Assembly (NCBI RefSeq): GCF_037042905.1
Contig: NC_087251.1
Span: 18,850,001-18,914,000 of the forward strand
Direction of reading: 5' to 3'
Origin: Lytechinus pictus
Taxonomy: Eukaryota
Length of the DNA: 64,000 nt
Shown piece by piece: positions 39,484-52,939 of this stretch. The position numbers and the translations under genes are program-made. Under the pieces are notes generated by a model. It saw only the letters and a program-made list of their open reading frames with translations. It did no database searches and was not told the DNA's origin. Numbering within the stretch: the stretch's first letter is position 1; every line of letters starts with the position of its first letter.

Positions 39484-40645
39484 AACAAGTGGAATGCCTC
39501 TGGCCGTCTCACCTGCATCACGCGATTCAATATAGCAGCAGTGCTGATTTTGAAAACTACTATAACTCGCACAAGATGTTCAGTGATACTTGGTTACTCG
39601 TATTTCCACGTTTTATGAATTAGACCAATACACTTATAGAGATATGATGGCAATTCAACAAATACCCCCAACGTGGCCAAAGTTCTTTGACCTTACATGA
39701 CCTTTGACCTTGTTCATGTGACCTGAAACTCGCACAGGATGTTCAGTGATACTTGATTACTCTTATGTCCAAGTTTTATGAACTAGACCAACACACTTTC
39801 AAATTTATGGCTGTAATTCAACAAATACCCCAATTTGGCCAAAGTTCATTGACCCTAAATGACCTTTGACCTTGATCATGTGACCTGAAACTTGCACAGG
39901 ATGTTCAGTAATACTTGATTACTATTATGTCCAAGTTTCATGAATCAGATCCATAAACTTTCAAAGTTATGATGGTAATTCAACAGATACCCCCAATTTG
40001 GCCAAAGTTCATTGACCCTAAATGACCTTTGACCTTGGTCATGTGTCGTGAAACTCATGCAGGATGTTCAGTGATACTTGATTAACCTTATGTATAAGTT
40101 TCATGAACTAGGTCCATATATTTTCTAATTTATGATGACATTTCAAAAACTTAACCTTAGGTTAAGATTTTGATGTTGATTCCCCCAACATGGTCTAAGT
40201 TCATTGACCCTAAATGACCTTTGACCTTGGTCATGTGTCGTGAAACTCATGCAGGATGTTCAGTGATACTTGATTAACCTTATGTATAAGTTTCATGAAC
40301 TAGGTCCATATATTTTCTAATTTATGATGACATTTCAAAAACTTAACCTTAGGTTAAGATTTTGATGTTGATTCCCCCAACATGGTCTAAGTTCATTGAC
40401 CCTAAATGACCTTTGACCTTGGTCATGTGACATGAAACTCAGGCAGGATGTTCAGTAATACTTGATTAACCTTATGGCCCAGTTTCATGAACTAGGTCCA
40501 TATGCTTTCTAAGTTATGCTGTCATTTCAAAAACTTAACCTCAGGTTAAGATTTGGTGTTGACGCCGCCGCCGCCGCCGCCATCGCCGCCGCCGTCGGAA
40601 AAGCGGCGCCTATAGTCTCACTCTGCTATGCAGGTGAGACAAAAA
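39484..40645 (+). mobile_element. Helentron/HINE-like element, family A copy 2, in the EHD intron
   Basis: Same ends and cores as 31807-32820; includes a near-perfect 192-bp tandem duplication (~40019-40402). Confidence 0.8.
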
Positions 40646-41217
40646 CCCACATACAATGTATTTGAAATACATGTACATCAAACAGATGTGCCACAGTACA
40701 ATAGTCTTCCAGTTAGTAGACCACTGAATTACATAACTTTGTAAACAAAAGTGACAAGAGGTTGTTCTGAATAAAGTACAGTGTAGGAACACATCCATGA
40801 AAGTTTGACAACAATCCATCAAAACAGAGTTGCTACTAGTTTTGTTTTTCCATGTCACATGATGATATGAGTTGCTCCCCAAATTACATTGTACACATGT
40901 GTATTCTTATAATATAAATTCTACAAACTGGTTTTTTTTTCTGAAATATGGAATAGTTTGAATTTAGCCTGTCCTAGAAATAGTCATTGTCAACTGGCAA
41001 TTGAATGAAATTATGCTTCACACTGAATACAATGTACCTGTGATCAAGAGAAAATCTTATTAACCAAAGTCATCAACCTTTTCATGGATTTTCACAAGAA
41101 CTTTTTAGTTTTTTTTTATAAAATCAGATTCAGTTTTTCTACTTTAATAATTGAAATGAACTAGACAAGTAGACAATTCTACAGACAACCCTATACTAGG
41201 ATTGACTTTCCCTTTAA

Positions 41218-41818
41218 AGGGATGGTCCAGGCTGAAAATATTTATACCTAAATAAATAGAGTGAAATTCACAGAGCAAAATGCTGAGAATTTCATCAAAA
41301 TCGGATAACAAATAACAGTTATTGAATTTTAAAGTTTAGCCATATTTTGTTAAAATGGTTATATGCACATCATCATGTATATTCATTATGTCACTTTTTA
41401 GGTCGGCTGATGATGTCACATCCCCACTTTTCCTTTTTCTTATGTTATTACATAACATCATTATTGTTTCATTTTTTCATACATGTGTGAATAATGTGTC
41501 TCATTTATAATGAAATAAGTTGCAGCAATGATTAGTTAATAGTAAATTGTCAATCCCATTTTTCAGCTCTTGGTAGTAAAAATTTGAATAAACCTAATTT
41601 CATATACCGGTAATTAAATGTAAAAGAACAAGTGGGGATATGACATCATCAATTTGCTCATTAAATATTCATGAAGTCATGCCTAGAACTGTTTCACAAG
41701 AATAATGCTAATCTTTAAAATGCCAGTAATTTGCTATTCTTTGTCCGATTTTCAGTTTTTGTTTGTCTGATTTTGTTAATCTGTTTAAATCATAATATTT
41801 TCAGCCGGGAGCATCCCT
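41218..41818. mobile_element. TTAA-flanked (Kolobok-like) MITE, family 2, in the EHD intron
   Basis: TTAA|AGGGATGGTCCAGGCTGAAAAT...ATTTTCAGCCGGGAGCATCCCT|TTAA. Confidence 0.75.
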
Positions 41819-44800
41819 TTAAAGTATTCATGAAAACATACATGTGGTAAATTTAAATGATGTATGACAGTTGTTTGCACTCTACCAACTGTGTCAAATG
41901 TCAGTTTAAGTCAATGTGTAATGCAATTACCATCAATGAAAGACATGTCGGAAGTATTCAATAAATGAGGAGGATTTAACAGAGCTCTAACCATGACTGA
42001 TTGAATAGTGAGGACTGAGGAAAAACTGGTGTTTGACACATGTAAATATTATTATGGGGGAAAATAATTTCAAATCAGGAGATGCACAGGAGTCAGTCTG
42101 ATTCTCTAAAGTGAATTACATAACAGACTAGTATAACCCATTCATAGCGAGTTCTTTCCTGTTACCAATTGAATTGAAGTTCACAGTACTTCATAAATCA
42201 TGGTAATTCGCACTAGCTTGTTACGACACACATGTTATACCTGTAATGTATTACACTCCATTCAAAAGCAAACCCAATTACATGTACATATACATGTATA
42301 TGATTCAAGAAAGAGAACAGTCTATGACTAAACCCATGCATCTATTAAAGTGAAATATAAATTGTCATAAAGTCAGCATGCACAAAGGATATACACCCAA
42401 AATTAAAAAAGAGGCTTGAAAATTTAAATCTATATACAAGCAGGTATTTTGCCATGGATTTCTGTATTTTCTCGTAGTATATAGTTATCAAATAAGTAGC
42501 TGCTACAGTATAGTAGCTGTTCCAAGGGCAGAGCACTTTTTTAATAGGAAAATTTATAAACTCTTCCAAACATTCATGTACATGTATAATACATGTACAG
42601 TGCACAATTTAAAAGAGAGAAATAATAAAGGATCATGACAGGGGCATTAAGGTCAATAAAAAGGGCACCAACAGCCATGGACTTGGATTGAATTAATTCA
42701 AACTCTGGTAGTTTGCTTGACTGCTGGTATGTATAATTATAATGTGTTTTGTAGAAAGTTAGCAACTGGTATTACCAGCCTGACAACTTTCCTTCCAGAT
42801 TATATAATTGCTGTTCCTCTGACAGATAGACATAGAAATAGAGGCCACTAATGAATAAAGCTCAATTTTGTTTTGTAATCGATTCTTCCATGCAAATGCA
42901 GCTATTCTAGACTCTGAGATATGCACAGAAAATAATTTGTTCATTGCAGAGTTGTCTTTTTGTGGTCAGGTTGCTTTCCTTCAGGAAATATTGATTTGAT
43001 TCCTTCTGAGAGTGGAAGTAGAATCAAGAACTTTAGGCTATTTTCTTTAGAAATAAATAATAAGTGAAACAATACATGTCTGATCCAAAATGGGTGGGGC
43101 TAGCCCCGCTGGATGTCTGCATTAAAGAGAGACCAGAGTAGTAGTACCAACAAAAGAAGTATTCATACAGTACTACCAGCAGCGAAATGACTTATTTTAC
43201 TTCTACTGTCTGTCATTAAAGAACAGTACATGTAGTAGCATGTAAATTGTTTTATGGATTGAAAATCTATTGTGACAGAAGAGATTATTTTGTGCATCAA
43301 TACAAAATACTTACACATTTCAAGGAAAATCACCTTCATGTAACCATCCTAAAGCAGTACCCCCCAAAAATAAATGTATCTATAGGCCTACATACATGTA
43401 TGCAGTACTCTCTAGCTACAGTGTACTATTGAGATTGAGTCAGTATCTCAGCTTTTTGGTGCAGAAATGTCAGTGCCTTAAGGTCAGAGTTCTCTGGAAG
43501 AGTGTATTACACATCTCGGCCTACATGTTTGTAACAAACAATAACTAGGGCTTTTTGCCAAACTCAATAACAAGTGGAGCAATAGAAATGAAAAATCATC
43601 TTATCCCAGTCAAGGGTAATGCAGAATTTTGGGCAAGACCACTTTTCTATATTACAATAAAAATAGGCAAAATCCAAAATAACACACTGTACATGTAAAT
43701 ATCCTGTATACATGCAGTCAAAGAAGGATGATAAAAAGATAAAGAGTGTGAAAAGGGCCAAATATGGCAACAATGATGAAAAATAAAGAAGATAGGGTGG
43801 AGGAAGAGTAGGAGAGGAGGAGAAGAGGAAAGAATAAGAGGAAAAGAGGATGGTATAACACATCTTGGCCTTCATGTACAGATGTATACAGCACGTCCCC
43901 CAAAAAATGTCCCTCTCAAAAGAGTTCTGAATTACTAAACCAGTTAAGGAAAGTGTAAATTTGCACAGGAATAGAAAGCGCATTTCACATTCTAGCTCCT
44001 GTGAAAATTTACTTTGTCTTGCCTCAGTGGATTTGAATACATATTCATATGCAACAGTGGTGCATTTCAGCCCATTCCAAGTTTTCAGCACTGATGTATT
44101 TCTGCACTGTCTCTAGCATGTCAACCCCCATTTTAACATCCAGGATCTGAGCAGGCTCATTAGATAAATTTGACCATCTTCAGAGCAAGAAACACCCAGC
44201 ATAAAAATAAATAAAGAAACACCCAGCATGAAGTTTGCTTGAAGACTGGTAAGGGTATCAGTGCACCAACATGAAATAAACTATGTATGGTGGAGGAGTA
44301 CAATAAACTGAACAATGAAGGACAAACCACAAATGTATCACAATTTGCATTTAACATTACCAGTGGAATTTGACTAAAAAATCAAATAGGTCAATAAATA
44401 ACTTGACCTCAGGAACTTAATCTAAAAATGAATTAAGTAATAAAAACAAGAATGCAGTTCTTAAAATATAGGGCCAATGCCTATTGTCGCATCAGTATGC
44501 ATTTTCTATTATTTAAATAAATTCATAGCAAACTTGGAAAGGACTGTCAAGCTCATTTCTCACCCTTCTGAACATGCTTATGGTTGTGATTTGATGAACC
44601 TGGTTACATCATGGAGATTTCTATAGTCAGACCATGGAATTCCCTGGTCAGATTATGAATGATCAAAGTGGTTTGATACGCTAGACAGTGCTGAACAGTG
44701 GAACAACACTCATGTACAGCAGTGCTGAATGCAAACTTGGAATGGGATGAAAAGCACTGCTGTTTTTAAGTGTTATGTTTATTAAACAGATTGTGTATTC

Positions 44801-45626
44801 AAAGCCGATGAAGCAAGACCAATTAATTTTTTTTACAGAAGTTAGACCATGCAATCAGCTTTCTAGTTCTGGATATTTAATTGAGAATAATTACTCTATT
44901 ACAAAATAAATTCAGCCACAAGTCAGAGGGACATTTCCTGGTATGCGCTGTATTGTCAAAGTATAAGTAGTTCAGCAGTACTCAGTCAAGCTTGCTACAA
45001 ATTAAGATGTTCCCTCTAGTAGTAATAAATGCTGAAAGCAACTGTCTACATTTGAAAATGTTAGCCTGTTTTTAAGACTTACTCATGCAAACAATGCTTG
45101 ATTTCAATTGCAATCAGTTTATTTACCAGATTTCTTTGCCCAAAAGCTTGACTTATATCATTATTTTATTTCTTTATAAATAAAAACACAATTTGTGTAA
45201 ACCAAATTTGCAATTCCAAAAAACTATTGTCCAAATTGCCAACTGACAGATTTTGTGCAGTGTACTTCAGGAAAAAATAAGAACAAAGTTATGAAGAACT
45301 GGTCAATTTAAGTGTAAAGTTCAATATACTCAGACATAGATACATGTATGATGTAGACTGGAACAGAAAAATAAAAGAAGACAAGATGTGCTAATACTAG
45401 AGTTAGGTGTAATTCTAATTCTACCTGTAAATGGTGAAACAAAAAAGAGACAAAGGAGGCAAATGAGGGGAAAGAGATAACAAAACAGAAAAGGAAATAA
45501 AGAGAGATGGAGAAAGAGAGAATTTTTAAAGAAAGATCAAGATGACAATGAAGATTAAAATTACGAGATTGTAGAAGTACAAAAGGCCAAGTGAGAAGAT
45601 GTAAAACGATTTAAAAAAATACTTAC

Positions 45627-46541
45627 TTTGGCTAATCTTGCCCTCTTGATAAGATCATTGAGTTTTCTCAGGGCTGCATTCCGGGGAAGACTCTGGAGAT
45701 CACTGAAGAGATCAACTTCCTCTGCCTCAAACAGCATTCTATTCACATCATAGTGCAGAGGCTTGTTCCAAAATGAGCCGATGTAGACTCTTGAGACTTC
45801 TGGAGTATTGATGACCTTGCCAAGAGACCACATAAGGGCCCCATACACCCTCATCAATTGTTGGTGGTCGATCATGTCCGACTTATTCAAGACAATGCGA
45901 ATCTTCTCATCTTGGGTTTTTATTGCTTCAATACATCTCCTAAACTCATCAGAAATATCAAGTTTATGTGCATCAAACAGGAGTATGATCCTATCTGCAC
46001 GTTCCGCAAACCATTCTAGTACGTTCACAAAATCATAGCCACGATCAAGTCTCTGTTTTTCTCCTGATAAGATACCAGGGGTGTCTATGATGGTGATACT
46101 TTCGAGTACCGCACAGTTGGTTAGGGAGCATTGAAAACGATTGAGGAATGCATTGCCAAACTTTGACATCTTGCGAAATTGACGTTTTGGGTCAACAACA
46201 AGTGCATTCCCTGGTATCACCTGGTCCGTTTCACCTTTCATTACTGCGATGAATCGGTCTGTTGTGGGTTCTGGACCAACTCTCATGCCGGGAAATTCTT
46301 GTTCTAACAGATACCTGATAAAAGTGGTCTTACCCGTTGAGTACTGACCAACGAGAAGGATCATGGGCTTGGCTGTGAAATCAGCTTCATCAAGAGCCGG
46401 TGAGTGGAACTCGTGGAAGCGATATTCCTCTTCAAGAGGGAAAATCACTTTTTGGTACAAGTCTTTGAGTCCATCCAAAACATTGTTAAACACATGCGGC
46501 TGCTTGCGCCGGGCTTCATCTTTATTTAGCCAGGTGAACAT
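45627..46541 (-). CDS. EHD1: EH domain-containing protein (EHD/RME-1/Past1), coding exon 1: N-terminus and dynamin-like ATPase domain, 305 codons
   Basis: MFTWL N-terminus, P-loop GQYSTGKT, GPEPTTD, IIDTPGILSGEKQR, LNKSD; ends RARLAK|GTaagt at phase 0. The symbol indicates the EHD1-4 family; paralog identity cannot be resolved. Confidence 0.97.
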
Positions 46542-46870
46542 GATGAATCAAAAAGTCAAGTTGCCGTCCTTTCTTTTAAATGGTCACGATTTAAATGGCA
46601 ATTCTTCTGTTCTGGGTTTAAATAGCAGGTATACGGTACCGGTATAACCTCACGTTAATGTGGGTGTGTACTGTACAATGCATGGGATCGGATGATCCGA
46701 TCTCGGGGCCGCATTTGATGACACACCTCGATGGCTGGCGCTGATGTCATTATTCGCAGGATCAAGGGAATACCGTGTACGTACATATATACGTATTCAA
46801 ATGTACATCTGAAAAACACCAGCGAACATTTATTTCGCCTAGTAATTAGACGTATTTCTCTTCGTTTCAT
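46542..46870 (-). promoter_or_regulatory. EHD 5' UTR / CpG-rich promoter region
   Basis: CpG-rich patch immediately upstream of the ATG; CRE-like TGATGTCA at ~46742. Confidence 0.4.
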
Positions 46871-47246
46871 TGAAATGGTGAGGTTGATTGAAACGTCCCT
46901 TCTTTAATTTTTAGTTCGAATGAATGCATATTGATCAGGAGTAAATACAGATTTGTCCAAAGCGGGATTCCACATTTTAAACAACAAACATATAATCAAA
47001 TAAATACATAACTGATAAAAAATGATGGTGGTCCCAAAGTCTGCGCACTACACGATTTGAGTAAAGATTTAACATGCATGTTTAACATGAATTTCTTTTA
47101 TTTTACAAAATCTTTCACATACCTTGAACATACCTTGAAGCGCCACACTTCCATCTTGATATTAGTGTGGCAGGGTTTGGGGGGCTTTGTAGCCCATTAA
47201 TGACCAATTTTGATAGTCTCTGTTTAAAGTTGAGGAGAGTGGACGA

Positions 47247-48700
47247 CAGTGGCGTAACTACGGGGGGGGGGGCATGGGGGGCACGGGCCCCCAATAGGCT
47301 GGCCAAAAAAAAAAACGGGGGAAAGGAGAAAAAGAGGGAGAAAGGGAGAGAAACGTAGCGGGGAAAGAAGAAATTATTGTTAGTTATAATGCTTTATTAT
47401 AATTATGTTATGTTATATTACATTAAAAAATCATAACTTTATGAAACATTATTTGCGCAGGGCCTATGTCGATCTTCATTGTTCCTGGTGCTCGCATTGT
47501 CTGTTTAACAAGATATATAATCTGTTGTACTAAAACCTCCCGTTTTCAAGTCAATATACACCAAATAGATTTCCTCGCACTTCGAATTATTATCGTTTTA
47601 TGTAGTGACATTGCTTCTTTTTTATGACTACTTAAAGTGACTGCCCCATTTTAAGGTCTTAATATAAACCATTTCCTGTCCGTGCTTACGTTCGCATTCG
47701 TGGATTGGTGAGATATGTCTGTTCTTCATGAATTCCTAAAATCATTTCTTAAAATGTCCCTTTTTCTGATCTGAATATCAACAATTTTCAGCTTGCGCTT
47801 CGCGCTCACATCATTTGGTTAGTGAGATGCATATGGTGATCATGATTACAATGACTACAAAAAGTGCTCCATGTGTTTAGATGTAATTCTAACAAAATCA
47901 GCATGCGCTTGGCACTCGCATTAGATGAGATATGTGTACTCTTAATGGATTCCTAAAAAATAGTCCTAATATAGCCCAGTTTGGGGTCAATATAAACAAA
48001 CATTTCAGCTCGCGCTTCGCGCTCGCATCATTTGGTTAGTAAAATATGTATGATCTTCGTGAATTCCAACAAACAAGCCTTAAAATTTCCCTCTTCAGGT
48101 CTGAATTTCCTAAATTTTCAGCTCGCGCTCGCAATATTTTTTAAGTGTTTTTTTTCACAACATATGTATTATTAATTTTTTTTGCAACGGATACAAATAT
48201 TTATGTTTATATATGGTATACAATTTGTTTTTGTTTAATAGAAGTGAAATAAATAAATTTGAATTTGAATATTTTATTAGTGAGATGCGTATGGTAATCA
48301 TGATTACAATGACTACAAGTGCTTGATGTGTTTAGATGTATATTATTCTAACAAATCAGCAAGCGCACTCGCATTAGATGACTATGGTGAGATATTTATA
48401 CTCTTAATGGATTCCTAATATATAGTCCTTAAAATGTCCCTGTTTGCAGTCAATATATAGAAAAATAACAGCTTGCGCTTCGCGCTCGCATTGTTTGTTT
48501 TGCGAGACAGGTATGTATTATGATTACAAAAATATGCTTATAATGTCCCCCTTTAGGTCTGAATTTCAAAAACATTCAGCTCGCGCTTCCCACTTGTATT
48601 ATCCGATCAGTGAGATATGGCACTGTCCTTAAAATGTCTCTATTATGTAAGTATACTTGGCAACTGAGCGCGCTTCGCTCGCTCTCTAAGTCAGACACTG
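47247..48700. mobile_element. hAT-type non-autonomous element inserted in a CR1 fragment
   Basis: CAGTG...CACTG ends; perfect 8-bp TSD GTGGACGA at 47239-47246 and 48701-48708; GCTCGCGCTTCGCGCTCGC repeats. Confidence 0.85.
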
Positions 48701-49060
48701 GTGGACGATTTGATGGCTTCTTCAGGGAGTTTATTCCAGCTATCAATTACTCTTTTGCTAAAGAAATGTCCAGTCTGGAATTAGTTTTTTTTAGCTTTTG
48801 AGAATGACATCTGGTACTCTGATAAGTGATATACGTTGCTTTCTGGAACATGAAGTCTGGATTGATGTTATCGATCTGTCACACTATACGATAGGCTTCA
48901 ATAAGATCACCCCTCTTCCGCCTATGTTCCAATGTTGTGAGGTTAAGTCTTTTCAATCAGGCCGTTCAAAGGGTAGCCCTAGCCTGCACCTTTTCAAGAA
49001 CTTGAATGTCTTTAGATAAATATGGGCATCCGGATTGCGAGAGTTTCAGGTCACATGGTC
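48701..49060 (-). mobile_element. CR1-like LINE 3' fragment (probably continues at ~47116-47246)
   Basis: Minus-strand LKRLNLTTLEHRRKRGDLIEAYRIV. Confidence 0.75.
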
Positions 49061-49149
49061 GATCATTTAATTAGGGTCATATGAATGGTGTTTTGTGAAT
49101 TAGTTAATTATTGGTTTCCAAGTCAGCCCATTAAATTATTTTGTAAGCA

Positions 49150-49880
49150 AAAAAAAAAATAATAATAATAATAATAATAATAGTAAATAATAATTATTAT
49201 TATAAATAATGACAATAATAATAGTAGTAGTAGTAATGATAATAATAATAATTATTAAAATAATAATTAATGATAATAATAATAATAATAGTAGTAGTAC
49301 TAGGCCTACATAATTATGATAGCATATATTCCATTAATGCTCAGAGAGCAAAACATAAATTATATAGAAAAGTACAAGAAAATTAGAAATAAGGAAAACA
49401 CCTATCTGCTGGTGAACAAATGCAAATTAAGGTTGTCCTATTATTATAAAGGATGTTGCAGAGTTTGAGTTTTTCAGCTCCTATATGTGATCAGGGCTAG
49501 AGTGGTCCGGCATGTGCAAGGATCGATCGCCCCATGATTTTTTTTTTATAGATATAGTGGAATATGTAAGAGACTTGATTGGGATGATCGCAGTGTGCCA
49601 CACTTTTTGTTATCAGGTCCATTGATGATATCATAAACCAGAAGTAGAATTTTGAAAACTATGCGATCCTTTAAGGGCAACCAATGGAGGTCTATAGTTG
49701 ACGGGATTTGAGCTGCTGATTTCTGGTTTTGGAAGTCGGGCGATTTTAGAGTTTGGTATATATAGAGAAAACTATTATCGAAATCAAGGCGTGGGGAGAT
49801 GAGTTAGTGTACACATTTCTCTGTAGCAGAACGAGTTAAATATTTTCGAATGAAATAAACCACGTTTACAAATCCTTGAT
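49150..49880 (-). mobile_element. L2-clade LINE 3' fragment with adjacent (TAA)n repeat
   Basis: Minus-strand LHWLPLKDRIVFKILLLVYDII around 49620-49690. Confidence 0.7.
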
Positions 49881-50482
49881 TGTGACAGGACGTACGGCCT
49901 GACTGCAAAACAAATAAAATATATTTCTTTCTATATGTAATGTTGCGATATTCTGGAAATTATTGATTATACTTATCAGTGTTGTCTTTTGAAATATTAC
50001 ATATATAGTCCAGAAATATTGATTACCACAATTTTACATGTACTTCTCATCCCGATTCCGACTACTTCGAACGACTGGTTATAGAGACTTCTAAAATGAT
50101 ATCGAATATCGCATATAATATCGGTAGCTAGTACGAGAGAATCCACCGAAATTGACTGCGAACGGTCGCGAAATGGCAGCGAATATGGGTAAATATAATA
50201 TATTTGTTTCTATATGTAATGTCGCAAGATGTTAGAAATTGTTTGTTTATAATTTTGGTTACTTCAATTGATGTTTTCTTTTGAAATATTACATTTGAAT
50301 TGAGAAAATGCCACAGCATTGCCCCACCTACTGAGAAATCTGAGGGGTGTTTTGTCAGACGCGACGCGCAGCGGGATGAGCGGGATTCCGACGAAACATC
50401 ACCATCACAGTGGCGTATCAGGCGGGGAGGTTACCCCCCCCCCCCCGGCGGATTTCACCATAATAATAATAAAAAAAGGGAA

Positions 50483-50513
<31 letters not shown>

Positions 50514-51589
50514 AAGAAAAAGGAAGAGGAAAGGGAAGGGCTTGGGCTAGTCTGATAAATCCGCTGTTTCGGAGGAGTTTTTAAACATTTTATTTTTGTT
50601 TTTTTGGTCCTATCCCACTCACACTAATACGAGTAGGCACTTCAGTCGGGCGGGCGATCGCGCGGACACAGCGCTAGACGTAGATTTTTGCATTGCAGTG
50701 AATGGCGAGCGCCTATCTAACACACACAGTTCGCTCCGCTCGGCACTTTGGCCGAGCGCTGGAGTTGCATTCGGCATTGCTCGAAAAGACAGAGTCAGTT
50801 TCTTCCTTTATTCCGCTGATTTTGATTGGTCAAAAATTCCCGCGGTTGCTTCGTACATCTTCGGTAAACATCGGAAATATACAAGACGGAGTCTAACTTA
50901 CCTTCATGCGAGGGAAGGACCTAATATTCAGGTATTTATTTTTCTTTGCTTGTAATCACCTTCTTGTAATCATCGGATCCCTTGTAAACTCGGTCAGTAA
51001 TAAACATGATAAAATTGTATATTTGAGAACATTTTGTGAAATTCTAATCAAATTTGGTCCGTAGAGAGTTTGCGAATATGAGCTTCAGTTTTGAGTGTCA
51101 TGAGGTGTTTGTGAATCTGACTCGGCCGATCGAGCAGGGTTGTTTTGAGCGTATACGAACAGCTGTGAGTGACGTCATCCCCACTGCGTTGGGCCTGAGA
51201 TTAGTCTTGGTATTCAGACACAGTATGTTTCAGCCGTTGTATATTTTTTTAAATTACGATTTGAGCTCTGTTAATTATGAAAATCAAATTGTTATTTTGA
51301 AAATAATTTTGTAGAATTCGTGTGAAATAAGTATTAAGAGCAAAACTGCAAGTAAACTTCAAGAATTTTGTTTGATATGTGATTTTTTGTTGGAATGCGT
51401 CTGAATGTCTAGAATATGGTATTGTTAATGAAAGTCGTATTTTTGAATGGCACAGAAAGCTCCTTGCATGAATTTAATTTAGAAATAGGTTTACATACAT
51501 GAGATGTGTTTCATGAATTTGATATCTGATTTATGGACCTTTGTTATGGTGTTAATTATTAATTTGAAGATATGAAAAAGTAAGAGAAG

Positions 51590-52630
51590 ACAATAATGAG
51601 GCAATTAACAGTGATGATGAGACATTAATAATATGAGACAATAAACATTGAGATAATTATAATAATTATTATGATTATAATGATAACAATTATAATTATA
51701 ATGATAATAATTATAATTGTAATAATTATTGAGACATCAATTCTAGTATTTATTGACAATAATAATTATTACAGTAATCATTATTATAATAAAATAATTG
51801 TAATAACAATTATAATGATGTACTTTGAATTGTAATAATTACTGAGACAATAATATTAATGAGATATCAATAATAATCATTATAATAATAATACTTATAA
51901 TTAAAATAAATATAATTGTAGAAACAATTATAATTATAGTAATTATAATTATAGGCCTTATAATTAATGAGACAATAATAACTATTATTACAATAATACT
52001 AATTATTATAAAATAATTATAATGATAACAATTATAATGAAAGTAATTATAATTGTAATAATTACTGAGACAGTAATATTGAAAGGTCATCAATAATTAT
52101 TATTATAAAAATTATTATGATTATAAAAATAATCATAATTATAATTAAAGGCCTTATAATTATTGAGACAAATATTAAACTATTATTACAAAAATAATAA
52201 TTATAAAATAATTATAATGATAACAATTATAATGAAAGTAATTGTACTCGTAATAATTACTGAGACAGTAATATTGATAAGTCATCAATAATTATTATTA
52301 TTATAAAAATTATTATAATTATAATTATAATCATAAAAATAATAATTATAATTATAGGCCTTATAATTATTGAGACAATAATAATTATTATTTCAATAAT
52401 AATTATTATTATGAAATAAGTATAACAATAATTACTATGATAGTAATTATAATTGTAATAATTATTTAGAAAATAATATTAATGAAACAAAAATAATTAT
52501 CATAATAATAATTATTATAATTATAATACTAATTGGGACAATAATGAAACGATGATGAGACAATAAAAATATAAACAATTTTATTGAGACCATAATAACA
52601 AGACAATAATGAGATAATAGACAATTGAAA
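51590..52630. repeat. AT-rich low-complexity minisatellite (ATAATT/GAGACAAT) with ~190-bp higher-order duplication
   Basis: Direct observation. Confidence 0.85.
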
Positions 52631-52939
52631 TCAATCTGTTTTTATTTTTTTCTAGAAATCCTAAGATTATTATTTTAATTCTCTTTCTTTGATTACAAAT
52701 TATATTCATTGAAATAAGCTTGTAACCGATTTTGCAATCGGCAACCGATTCCATTCGATTTCACCACAATCGGCAATCACTTGCCGATCTTCGATCATGC
52801 CCCTTGAAGGAAAAAATCGAAAATAAAAAATCGGCGTAGATCTGGTTACAGTGCGTGATCGTTCAGAAAATATTTCAAGATTGTTTTTGAGGTGCTAGCT
52901 ATTTAGAGGTTCGCATTATTTAGGGAAAAAGACGCGGTA

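Noticed and set aside
43564..44091. 175-aa hydrophobic ORF in the EHD intron
   Set aside because: Arises from low-complexity purine/pyrimidine-skewed sequence with a non-ATG start and no recognisable motif.
45561..45626. C-terminal VSIFLNRF... extension of the 326-aa ORF
   Set aside because: Read-through into the intron past the GTAAGT donor; homology continues in the 39435 exon.
50702..50935. Candidate first exon of the C19orf47-like gene
   Set aside because: Lies inside the TIR-bounded element; the exon ending at 56152 is a closer candidate with a stronger donor.
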